From positions 21,549 to 85,548 of the forward strand of contig JBCDAV010000014.1 in NCBI GenBank assembly GCA_039184865.1: a stretch of 64,000 nt of DNA, read 5' to 3'. This document shows positions 56,386 through 64,000 of the stretch, in pieces. Under the pieces are notes generated by a model. It saw only the letters and a program-made list of their open reading frames with translations. It did not search any database and had not been told where the DNA came from. Position 1 is the stretch's first letter; every line of letters starts with the position of its first letter. The position numbers were made by a program, and so were the translations under genes. Source of the DNA: Pseudomonadota bacterium (GTDB lineage Bacteria; Pseudomonadota; Alphaproteobacteria; Rhodobacterales; Rhodobacteraceae).

Positions 56386-57120
56386 TTAGTTCAGGATGCT
56401 GATTTCCACCCGGCGGTTTGCCTGACGGCCTGCCGCCGTCGCATTGGACGCGACCGGCTCGCGCTCGCCGCGCCCTTCGGTCTGCGTGACGATGCCGAAC
56501 CTCTGGCGCAGGAACGCGGCGACCGCGGCGGCACGCCTGTCCGAGAGCGACTGGTTGTAGGCATCCGAGGCCCGCGAGTCGGTGTGCCCGACGACCAGCA
56601 CCTGGTTCTTGCCAAGCTGCCCCAGCCGCTGGCCGAATTCGGTCAGTTCCGAAACGGCCGCAGGCCGCAGGTCGGCCTTGTCCGTGTCGAACAGCGCATC
56701 CGCGGCCAGCGTGACGGTCTCGCTCGGTGCCGGCTGCACGGCGCCGGGACAGACCGGGCGCCCCTGACGATCCAGGCGCGGCGACATGTAGCCCTCGGCA
56801 AACGTGTCACGCACCCAGTGCTGGCATCCGCGCTGATCGGTCCACAGCGTCATCTCGAGCGGGCGCTTGGCGACCGAGGCCGGGGCGCCACCCGGTCCCT
56901 TGCAGACCGGACGGCCATCGCGGCCGAGCCGAGCGGTCAGATAGCCCTCGGCACCGTCATCGATCACCCAGTGATCGCAGCCTCCGGGATCGGTCCACAG
57001 CGTCGCCTGCAAGGTCGAGAGCTTCTTGCTGTCGATGCCGTAATCCTCACCCGGCTGAGACGCGCAGGCGGAAAGTGCTGCCGCTGCTGCAACGCAGGCA
57101 ATCCGGTGAAGCAATGCCAT
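56386..57120 (-). CDS. OmpA-domain lipoprotein with two N-terminal two-Cys repeats
   Basis: Lipobox LSAC; two W-x-D-x-x-GC-x-HW repeats; ALFDTDKADL, GHTDSRASDAYNQSLSDRRA, NRRVEI. Confidence 0.92.
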   Translation of the reverse strand: MALLHRIACVAAAAALSACASQPGEDYGIDSKKLSTLQATLWTDPGGCDHWVIDDGAEGYLTARLGRDGRPVCKGPGGAPASVAKRPLEMTLWTDQRGCQHWVRDTFAEGYMSPRLDRQGRPVCPGAVQPAPSETVTLAADALFDTDKADLRPAAVSELTEFGQRLGQLGKNQVLVVGHTDSRASDAYNQSLSDRRAAAVAAFLRQRFGIVTQTEGRGEREPVASNATAAGRQANRRVEISILN

Positions 57121-57151
57121 GAGACGCTCTCCTGTATCGCGTGCGGATGCC

Positions 57152-57382
57152 TCAGACGCAGTCCGGCGTGCCGTCGAGATTGAGCACCGGGCTCATGTAG
57201 CCCTCGACACCGTCGTCGATGATCCAGTGCTTGCAGCCGTCCGGATCGACCCAGACCGAGGCCTGCATGCTCGCTAGGCTGTGGCTGTCGATGCCGGTAT
57301 CGGCGGCCGGATTGTTCAGACAGGCTCCGGTCATCGTCACCAGACCGAGAGCGGCAGCGAGCCTCAAAGACCTCAGCGTCAT
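57152..57382 (-). CDS. Small lipoprotein consisting of one two-Cys repeat
   Basis: Signal with TGAC lipobox; WVDPDGCKHWIIDDGVEGYMSP...C matches the repeats in the next gene. Confidence 0.85.
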   Translation of the reverse strand: MTLRSLRLAAALGLVTMTGACLNNPAADTGIDSHSLASMQASVWVDPDGCKHWIIDDGVEGYMSPVLNLDGTPDCV

Positions 57383-57501
57383 CCGCGTATCCCCCGTTGC
57401 GACATCCCGGGAGAGGGTGCGCTTCGAGGGAATCATGACCGGGAAGAGCGTAGATCGCGTTAAGCGCTATGCTTCAGGAAGGGTAAATCCAGCGGCGGGC
57501 T

Positions 57502-58320
57502 TCAGCCGCGCGTAACGTCGATGTCCGGTGCGTCCTCGGCCTTCATGCCGACGACGTGGTATCCGCAGTCGACATGGTGGCATTCGCCGGTGACGCCCGA
57601 GGACAAGTCGGACAGCAGATACAGCCCCGCCTTGCCGACATCGTCCTGGCTGACATTGCGGCGCAGCGGCGAATTCAGTTCATTCCACTTGAGGATATAT
57701 CGGAAATCCCCGATGCCGGAGGCCGCGAGCGTCTTGATCGGTCCGGCAGACAGCGAGTTCACCCGAATGTTCTTCGGGCCGAGATCCATCGCCATGTAGC
57801 GCACCGAGGTCTCGAGCGCGGCCTTGGCGACGCCCATCACGTTGTAATGCGGCATGACCTTCTCGGCGCCGTAATAGGTCAGGGTCAGCATCGACCCGCC
57901 ATCGGTCATCAGCTTCTCGGCGCGCTGCGCGAGCGCCGTGAACGAGTAGCACGAGATGTTCATCGACATCGCGAAGTTCTCGGCCGAGGTGTCGACATAG
58001 CGCCCCTTCAATTCGGCCTTGTCGGCGTAGGCGATGGCGTGGAGCATGAAATCCAGCCGGCCCCATTTCGCTTCGAGTTCCGAGAAAACCGCATCGACCG
58101 AAGCCGTATCGGTCACGTCGCAGGGAAGGACGATCTCGGATCCGACCGAGGCGGCGAGCGGGTCGACGCGCTTCTTCAGGGCGTCGCCCTGAAAGGTGAA
58201 GGCAAGCTCGGCGCCCTGTGCGTGGCAGGCCTGCGCGATCCCCCAGGCGATCGACTTGTCGTTGGCGACGCCCATGATCAATCCGCGTTTGCCTGCCATC
58301 AGCGGCGTCGTCATGACCAT
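57502..58320 (-). CDS. fabI: Enoyl-ACP reductase
   Basis: GVANDKSIAWGIA, YNVMGVAKAALE, ISAGPIKTLA-like LSAGPIKTLA, HVDCGY. Confidence 0.97.
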   Translation of the reverse strand: MVMTTPLMAGKRGLIMGVANDKSIAWGIAQACHAQGAELAFTFQGDALKKRVDPLAASVGSEIVLPCDVTDTASVDAVFSELEAKWGRLDFMLHAIAYADKAELKGRYVDTSAENFAMSMNISCYSFTALAQRAEKLMTDGGSMLTLTYYGAEKVMPHYNVMGVAKAALETSVRYMAMDLGPKNIRVNSLSAGPIKTLAASGIGDFRYILKWNELNSPLRRNVSQDDVGKAGLYLLSDLSSGVTGECHHVDCGYHVVGMKAEDAPDIDVTRG

Positions 58321-58414
58321 TCTCCCGACTGTCGCACTTCCTTGTTTCGCGGCGATTTAGGCTAAACTACAAGGCCAAGCAAGCAGAACGGCACGGGTGA
58401 GTCGAGGGAGAACG

Positions 58415-59053
58415 ATGCCGACAATCAGTGAAACCGGACGGCGCAGCGGCGCCTTTGCAGGCGACGATCCGTACGCTCTCGCGCAGGCCTGGCTGACGGA
58501 AGCCGAGGCGAGCGAGCCGAACGATCCGAACGCCATGGCGCTGTCGACCGTGGACAAGAACGGCCTGCCGAATGTCCGCATGGTGCTCCTGAAGGAGATC
58601 GAGCCGAGCCTGAAGAAGGGCGGCTTCGTGTTCTACACGAATTACGAAAGCGCCAAGGGACAGGAGCTCGACGCCAACGCAAAAGCGGCCCTCGTCTTCC
58701 ACTGGAAATCGCTGCGCCGACAGATCCGGATTCGCGGGATCGTCGAGCGGGTCGGCGGCAAGCAGGCCGACGACTACTACAACAGCCGGAGCTATCCGAG
58801 CCGTCTCGGCGCCATCGCATCGAAGCAGTCCCGCCCGCTGGCCAACCGGCGCACGCTGATGGCCAAGGTCGCCAAGCTTGCAGCCAAGTACCCGACCAAA
58901 CCGCCGCGACCGGCGCATTGGGGCGGCTTCCGCATACGCCCGGTCGAGATCGAATTCTGGGCCGACGGCGCCAACCGCCTGCACGACCGGTTTCGCTGGA
59001 CGCGGATGAAACCGGACGCGGACTCGTGGACGGTGCAGCGGCTCAATCCCTGA
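58415..59053 (+). CDS. pdxH: Pyridoxamine 5'-phosphate oxidase
   Basis: [40 protein letters not shown]; GAGGGAG RBS before 58415. Confidence 0.97.
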   Translation: MPTISETGRRSGAFAGDDPYALAQAWLTEAEASEPNDPNAMALSTVDKNGLPNVRMVLLKEIEPSLKKGGFVFYTNYESAKGQELDANAKAALVFHWKSLRRQIRIRGIVERVGGKQADDYYNSRSYPSRLGAIASKQSRPLANRRTLMAKVAKLAAKYPTKPPRPAHWGGFRIRPVEIEFWADGANRLHDRFRWTRMKPDADSWTVQRLNP

Positions 59054-59199
59054 TGCCGGCGCTGGCGTTCGATCGGCTAGGCGCGCGGCGAGCCGCGCAC
59101 AGGCCAGATCGCAGCGGCATCCTTTAGGCCGAATTGGCGGGCGCACCCTTGGGCAAGACTTCCCCGGCAGAGACCACCGAGCGGCATCCGCCGCCGCGG

Positions 59200-59850
59200 A
59201 TGATGGTAGATTACAATCCTCCTGCCGGTCCGCTGGCGGTCTTGCACCAAGACGCGGATCTCCTGCTGGTCGACAAACCCTCCGGGCTGCTGAGCGTTCC
59301 CGGCAAACCGCTCAACCATCGCGACTGCCTCGAAGACCGGGTGCGGGCCGCGCATCCCTCGGCCCTGCTGATCCACCGGCTCGACCTCGAAACCTCTGGC
59401 GTCATGGTTTTCGCGCTCAACCCAGCAGCACAGCGACACGTCAATCTGCAGTTCGAACGGCGTATCGTGCAGAAGACCTACGTCGCCCGGGTCGCCGGAA
59501 ATGTTATCGATAACAAAGGCGAGATCGATCTGCCGCTGATTGCCGACTGGCCGCGCCGCCCGATGCAGAAGGTCTGCCTGGAGACCGGCAAGCCCGCCCG
59601 GACCAGATGGCGAGTTCTGGAGCGTGAAGGCGATATCACGCGGCTGGAACTCACGCCCGAGACGGGCCGCAGCCATCAGCTCCGCGTGCACCTCAAGGAA
59701 ATCGGTCACCCGATCCTCGGCGATCCGTTCTACGCGCCCGATGCGATCTTCGAGGCCGCCGACCGGTTGCAACTCCATGCCGAGCGTCTGGATCTGCGCC
59801 ACTCGGCGACAGGCGACTGGCTGAGCGTCACCGCGTCCTGTCCGTTTTAG
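59200..59850 (+). CDS. rluA: RluA family RNA pseudouridine synthase
   Basis: DKPSGLLSVPG, HRLDLETSG, TGRSHQLRVH, GHPILGD, LQLHA. Confidence 0.9.
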   Translation: MMVDYNPPAGPLAVLHQDADLLLVDKPSGLLSVPGKPLNHRDCLEDRVRAAHPSALLIHRLDLETSGVMVFALNPAAQRHVNLQFERRIVQKTYVARVAGNVIDNKGEIDLPLIADWPRRPMQKVCLETGKPARTRWRVLEREGDITRLELTPETGRSHQLRVHLKEIGHPILGDPFYAPDAIFEAADRLQLHAERLDLRHSATGDWLSVTASCPF

Positions 59851-59901
59851 GGAACTCCGCCCCCTGACCTTAGAGCAGCCAGTTGGTACGACGCGCGCCC
59901 G

Positions 59902-60801
59902 TCAGGCGGCGCCGGCGACCGGCCCGATCTGATCCCATTGCAGCGTCCGCGCCGTGTCGAGCGCGTGCTTTACGGGACCGGTGTGGCGGCGTCCTGCCCG
60001 GGTCACCACGCTGACCGTGCGGCTGACCTCGGGCTCGATGATCGGGCGCGTCTCGATGCCCGGAATGATCGGCAGGAACTGCGGCATCAGGGTGAAGCCC
60101 AATCCGGCCGCGACCATGGCCTGCACCCAGTCCTCGCGCTCGGTCGCGTAGCGCACGCGCACCGATTTGTAGGGCTTGGCAATCCCCAGCTGCATGAAGT
60201 TCGAGGGGAACTCGCAGTGCATGCGCTTGACGTAATCCTCGCCCTCGAACTCGACCATCGGAACGGCATTCATCTGCGCGAACCTGTGTCCCTTGGAGAA
60301 GGCGACGAGATAGGGCTCGTGATACAGCGTCTCGGCCCGGAACTGCTCGGCATAGTCCGGCATGGTCATCAGGGCGATGTCGATCTCCCCGTTCTCCAGC
60401 GCCTGTGCGATGTCGGCGCAGTGGCTCTCCCAGATCTCGAGATCGAGCTCCGGCGCGACCACGCTCAGCGCCTGCAGATAGGCGACCAGATGGCTCGCCG
60501 ACATGGTTGCAATCACGCCCATCTTCAGCTTGGTGTCGGCGGCTGCATGTTTCGCCGCTTCCGCCTTCGCGGCCTCGGCTGCCAGATGCGCGGCGCCCAG
60601 ATGCCCCTGCATCAGCCGTCCGAGATCGGTGAGGTGGGTGAGATGACGCTCGCGCCGGAAGAGATCGCCGCCGAGTTCATCCTCAAGTTTCTTGATGGCC
60701 CGCGTCAGCGTCGGCACCGCAACATCGCAGGCCCCGGCCGCCCTGCTGAAATTCAGAGTTTCGCACGCTGCCAGAAAATACCGGACCTGGTGCATTTCCA
60801 T
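59902..60801 (-). CDS. LysR family transcriptional regulator
   Basis: MEMHQVRYFLAACETLNFSRAA...LTRAIKKLEDELGGDLFRRER; AAGGGG RBS. Confidence 0.95.
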   Translation of the reverse strand: MEMHQVRYFLAACETLNFSRAAGACDVAVPTLTRAIKKLEDELGGDLFRRERHLTHLTDLGRLMQGHLGAAHLAAEAAKAEAAKHAAADTKLKMGVIATMSASHLVAYLQALSVVAPELDLEIWESHCADIAQALENGEIDIALMTMPDYAEQFRAETLYHEPYLVAFSKGHRFAQMNAVPMVEFEGEDYVKRMHCEFPSNFMQLGIAKPYKSVRVRYATEREDWVQAMVAAGLGFTLMPQFLPIIPGIETRPIIEPEVSRTVSVVTRAGRRHTGPVKHALDTARTLQWDQIGPVAGAA

Positions 60802-60962
60802 GATGTCCCCCTTTCGTCTCTGCGAGACAGCTTTGAGCGGGGTCATCATAGCGCAAACGGCTTTGCTCTGCGCGCAACGAACCGTTAGCCGGCACGATCT
60901 GGCGGCGCTCCGACCGGCCGATACACTGCTCCGCAGGGAAAACGAATAAACGGAGCTTCAAA

Positions 60963-62219
60963 ATGAGCCGGATGGAGAACTTCACTGGACCGCTGCGTGA
61001 ACTGGGCCATTCCGCCAAGACCGCAATGCATGATGTCGGGCACTGGTTCGGCGGAAACACCGGGGTCAACGGTCTCGATCTCGGCGGCCTGAACGGTGCG
61101 ATCGCCGACAGCGGACTGCTGATCGGCAACCTCGCCAAGACGACCATATCAGACAGCGGTGGCTCCGCAATCCTCGCCAAGCTTCCCTCGGCAGCGCTGG
61201 TCAATGTCGCCGACCTGGAAGAGGTCGCGACCGATGCGATCCGGCTGGCCGCAGCGGCCGACGCGAAGACCGGCGGACACGCCGCCTCGGCAAAGCAGAG
61301 GGTCGAGGAGAAGGCCCGCGCGGCGAAGAGCAACATGGCCAATGCCCCACTCGACAGCACGAAACGCAAGATCCATGACGTTCTGAAAAAGCTATACGAC
61401 GATGTCGTCGGCGCGTTCCGGAGCTTCACCAACAAGCTGCCGGACTGGCTCAAGTTCATCGGGCGCGAAATCCTGGATGGGCTGACGACGACCTCGGCGC
61501 AATTGCTCGAGGCGATGGCCCGGACGCTGATGTCGGCGGCACCGGTGCTCGGCTATGTCGCCGATGGTATCCAGATCGGCGGCGGCATGTATCAGGCGAT
61601 CAAGAACGCCTACTTCTTCGGCAAGATGGAGATCCGCACAATCGGCTGCGAGGTGAAGAACGGTGTCCCGTCGCTGGTGATGAAGGCGCTCGAACGCCAC
61701 TACATCGCCCGGCAGTTCAACGGCCTGAAGAACGCAGGCGTCGGCAGCCTCTCGATCGGTCTCCGGGCGACGCTGGACGGCATGGCGGGCGGCTCAGGCG
61801 CGATCGCGGGCCTGATCATCGCCGCCGTGACCGCGGTGATCTCGTTCATCGACCGGCTCTTCGAGCGGTCTGCGCTGAGCTTCTTCTTCTACCAGGCGCG
61901 GCAGAAGGCACTGGTCGGCAGCCACAACGACCTTCAGGCGGCCAAGCGCGAATACAAGGGCTTCATGGACTGGCTGCAGAACTGGATGGCGGTCTGCCCC
62001 GTCGTGGCGGCGCTGGTGTTCCAGACGAACTATCACGACAGCGGCAGCTTCTTCAAAGACCACGTGCAGCAGACCGGGTCAGAGGAGACCGCGTTCGTGC
62101 GGGTGCGCCGCGACGCGTCGAAGTACCTGCGCCAGCACCAGTCGGAATACGCACTGAAGTTCACATCCGGCGACGACGAACTGCGCAACAAGATCAACGC
62201 GGGCTACGTCCGCGTTTGA
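60963..62219 (+). CDS. Hypothetical all-helical protein with Gly/Ala-rich hydrophobic segments (possible pore-forming/effector protein)
   Basis: 418-aa ORF with GGAG RBS, ordinary composition, no signal peptide; hydrophobic stretch GMAGGSGAIAGLIIAAVTAVISFI. Confidence 0.8.
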   Translation: MSRMENFTGPLRELGHSAKTAMHDVGHWFGGNTGVNGLDLGGLNGAIADSGLLIGNLAKTTISDSGGSAILAKLPSAALVNVADLEEVATDAIRLAAAADAKTGGHAASAKQRVEEKARAAKSNMANAPLDSTKRKIHDVLKKLYDDVVGAFRSFTNKLPDWLKFIGREILDGLTTTSAQLLEAMARTLMSAAPVLGYVADGIQIGGGMYQAIKNAYFFGKMEIRTIGCEVKNGVPSLVMKALERHYIARQFNGLKNAGVGSLSIGLRATLDGMAGGSGAIAGLIIAAVTAVISFIDRLFERSALSFFFYQARQKALVGSHNDLQAAKREYKGFMDWLQNWMAVCPVVAALVFQTNYHDSGSFFKDHVQQTGSEETAFVRVRRDASKYLRQHQSEYALKFTSGDDELRNKINAGYVRV

Positions 62220-62235
62220 GGACCTGCATGTGATA

Positions 62236-62262
62236 GGGCTTCGGCAACCGGTGCCGGAGCCC
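62236..62262. terminator. Hairpin between convergent genes
   Basis: GGGCTTCGGCA-ACCGG-TGCCGGAGCCC, 11-bp stem with one G.U pair. Confidence 0.6.
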
Positions 62263-62290
62263 ACGCCCAGTTCAGGCCGTGAGGCGAGGA

Positions 62291-63742
62291 TCAGAGATAG
62301 CGCGAGATCTTCAGTCCGACCTCGGACGCCCAGGCGTTGACCACCGACCATTCCTCCGACGTCGGATCGCAGTTCGCCAGACCGCGGCACTGCACGATCT
62401 CGCCCTGCTTGGTGACCTCGATCGTCTGACGACGCTCGTACGTGTCTCCGACGCTCGCCGACAGGCTCCAGATCGAGCAATGCCCCTGTGCACAGGACCA
62501 GTGATAGCTGGCCACGCAGTGGCGCAGCGCGTCGCCTTCGAGTGCCAGATCCCGTGCCGAGCGCAGTTGCCGGATCGCGAATCGGGTCTTGCGCGGTCCG
62601 AGCCAGCGGTCGATCTCGATGCCCGTAAACGCCGCCGCCGGATAGACGGAACCGGGCAGATCGCGAACCTTGCCGAGCGAGGCATGCCAATCCGCAACCT
62701 GTCGCAACACTGTCGCGACCGTGCGCCCGCGCATGGTCAGGCCGGGCTGCGCCGGAGGCTCGCGGCGCCACTCGCCCGGGCGAAGCTCGACGTCGTTGCC
62801 CTCGAACCGCTGGTTCTGCAGGTAATCGACGATCGGACCGATCTGGCGCGGGTCCAGCATCGGGTTCTCGGCAAAGAAGCGCAGGACCGTCACCCAGAAC
62901 GCCTCGTTCATGAACGAACGTCCGATCCGGGTCGCCGCGACGGCGTGAACGGTGGCCGTGCCGGCACCGAAGGCGCGGAGCTGGCCCCAGCGGACAGCCT
63001 GCTCGACCGTGTAGTCGGCGGGCGCGCGCAGAAATTCGTGCGCGATGCGCTTGGTGACCCTGACGGGAGATTTCGCCGTGCGCAGGTTGTGCCCCCGGCC
63101 AAGATGGACATACCAGTCGCGGAACCGCCAGCTTGGGCGGTCGGTGCGCAGCCAGGCACGCTCCATGAAGACCGGCACATCGCCAAACCGGTCGAACAGG
63201 TGATGCGTCAGTTCGCCGAACTGGCGTTCGGCGTTCTTCGACCGTGGCTTCCAGTCGGCAAGCGGGCGCAGCCACAGCACCTTGCGGTCGTGCAGCTTGA
63301 TCAGGCCGCGAATGAACGGGATGCCGTCCGGGGTCGCCCCGAAGATCAGGGAATCGTACCGGAGCAGCGCCAGCAGCATGTCCTTGAGCGACCGGCGATA
63401 TGCCGGGTCGTCTTTTGCCGCGCCGATCTCCTCGGTCACGGCCTTGAAGGCCGGCCGGTCGATTTGATGGGCATGAATTTCGCCGGCGCAAACGGCTTCC
63501 AGAAAAGGTTTCGGCTTCTTGTGCAGGCGCGTCTGTTTGGCGCGCGCCGCAAGGATCTCTGCGTGCCGGTCGCGTTCCAGCGCCATCTCCTGGCGCGACT
63601 TTTCCAGCCACGGGTCGAAGCCGTTGTGCTGGCACCAGTCGAGGTAGGCGCGCGTGCTCTGGAAGCCCATCTCGGTGATGTGCCGCTCGACGGCGGCCGG
63701 CAGCGGCGTCCCGTCCAGATGGATCAGCGGTCGTCTGGCCAA
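62291..63742 (-). CDS. PcfJ-like domain protein
   Basis: C-terminal IRQLRSARDLALEGDALRHCVASY...TIEV...IVQCRG matches the PcfJ pattern; central WFRDWY-like WRFRDWYVHLGRG and AVRWGQ; TTG start after AGAGGA. Confidence 0.85.
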   Translation of the reverse strand: MARRPLIHLDGTPLPAAVERHITEMGFQSTRAYLDWCQHNGFDPWLEKSRQEMALERDRHAEILAARAKQTRLHKKPKPFLEAVCAGEIHAHQIDRPAFKAVTEEIGAAKDDPAYRRSLKDMLLALLRYDSLIFGATPDGIPFIRGLIKLHDRKVLWLRPLADWKPRSKNAERQFGELTHHLFDRFGDVPVFMERAWLRTDRPSWRFRDWYVHLGRGHNLRTAKSPVRVTKRIAHEFLRAPADYTVEQAVRWGQLRAFGAGTATVHAVAATRIGRSFMNEAFWVTVLRFFAENPMLDPRQIGPIVDYLQNQRFEGNDVELRPGEWRREPPAQPGLTMRGRTVATVLRQVADWHASLGKVRDLPGSVYPAAAFTGIEIDRWLGPRKTRFAIRQLRSARDLALEGDALRHCVASYHWSCAQGHCSIWSLSASVGDTYERRQTIEVTKQGEIVQCRGLANCDPTSEEWSVVNAWASEVGLKISRYL

Positions 63743-63767
63743 TGTCCCGTCCTCTTGGCGTCCGCGT

Positions 63768-63793
63768 GCCCGCCCCCGCGCACGGGGACGGGC
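63768..63793 (-). other. Strong RNA hairpin between the slipin and PcfJ genes
   Basis: On the transcribed (-) strand: GCCCGTCCCCG-TGCG-CGGGGGCGGGC, 11-bp stem with one U.G pair, ending about 10 nt upstream of the PcfJ RBS. Confidence 0.55.
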
Positions 63794-63806
63794 GAGTTTA
63801 CATCGA

Positions 63807-64000
63807 TCACTCGCGCAGGCGCACGAGATCGTTGAGAAGGCCCTCGGTTCCGTTGTGGACCGTCAGGCGCTCGACCTTGCCGGCAAGCTCGGTCAGGGCC
63901 TCGAGTTCCTTCAGCCGCAGCATCACCGGGTTCTCCTGCATCACCTTGGCGGTGTTCAGGAGCGACCGGGTCGCCTGGGTCTCCTCGCGCCGACGGATGA
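63807..64000 (-). CDS. Slipin/SPFH (band 7) family protein, 3' end only (truncated by window edge)
   Basis: My translation of the - strand: ...IRRREETQATRSLLNTAKVMQENPVMLRLKELEALTELAGKVERLTVHNGTEGLLNDLVRLRE*, the characteristic slipin C-terminus. Not in the ORF track because it lacks a start in the window. Confidence 0.88.
   Translation of the reverse strand, partial: IRRREETQATRSLLNTAKVMQENPVMLRLKELEALTELAGKVERLTVHNGTEGLLNDLVRLRE

Noticed and set aside
60890-60903. CGGCACGATCTGGC sigma-54-like element before the 418-aa orphan
   Set aside because: Spacing is again 9 nt and the -12 element is poor.

Overview
GC-rich (roughly two-thirds G+C by eye) alphaproteobacterial chromosomal segment. 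Gene content and protein style point to Rhodobacterales or a close relative (inference). About 50 genuine CDS; most other ORFs in the track are antisense or off-frame shadows. I saw no rRNA, tRNA, CRISPR array, transposase, integrase or phage gene. Core genes (metG, truA, fabI, pdxH, rluA-like, ycjX/ycjF, kefC-like, cyclophilin) are interleaved with accessory modules: (1) a 4.5-17.5 kb block of secreted proteins ending in a ~3040-aa RTX/Calx-beta/DUF11 adhesin; (2) a coupled operon of a domain-inverted (NewPHL-type) photolyase, an MddA-like methyltransferase, and DUF4149-like and DUF427 genes; (3) an EF-G paralogue lacking the catalytic His; (4) a Popeye-like membrane cNMP-binding protein next to a class III cyclase, both with non-canonical nucleotide-recognition residues; (5) a MepA endopeptidase fused to Ig-like and unknown domains, divergent from an OmpA-domain gene; (6) a flotillin-led urea/amide ABC operon whose last ATPase is fused in frame to an amidase; (7) an orphan STAS/anti-sigma/PP2C partner switch; (8) lipoproteins sharing an unnamed two-Cys repeat; (9) a LysR-divergent, helical toxin-like orphan; (10) a PcfJ-domain gene behind a truncated slipin (SPFH) gene. 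The strongest candidates for an undescribed system are the flotillin-ABC-amidase operon, the Popeye-like/cyclase pair and the MepA-fusion/OmpA pair. All family assignments come from motif recognition by eye; no database search was run.
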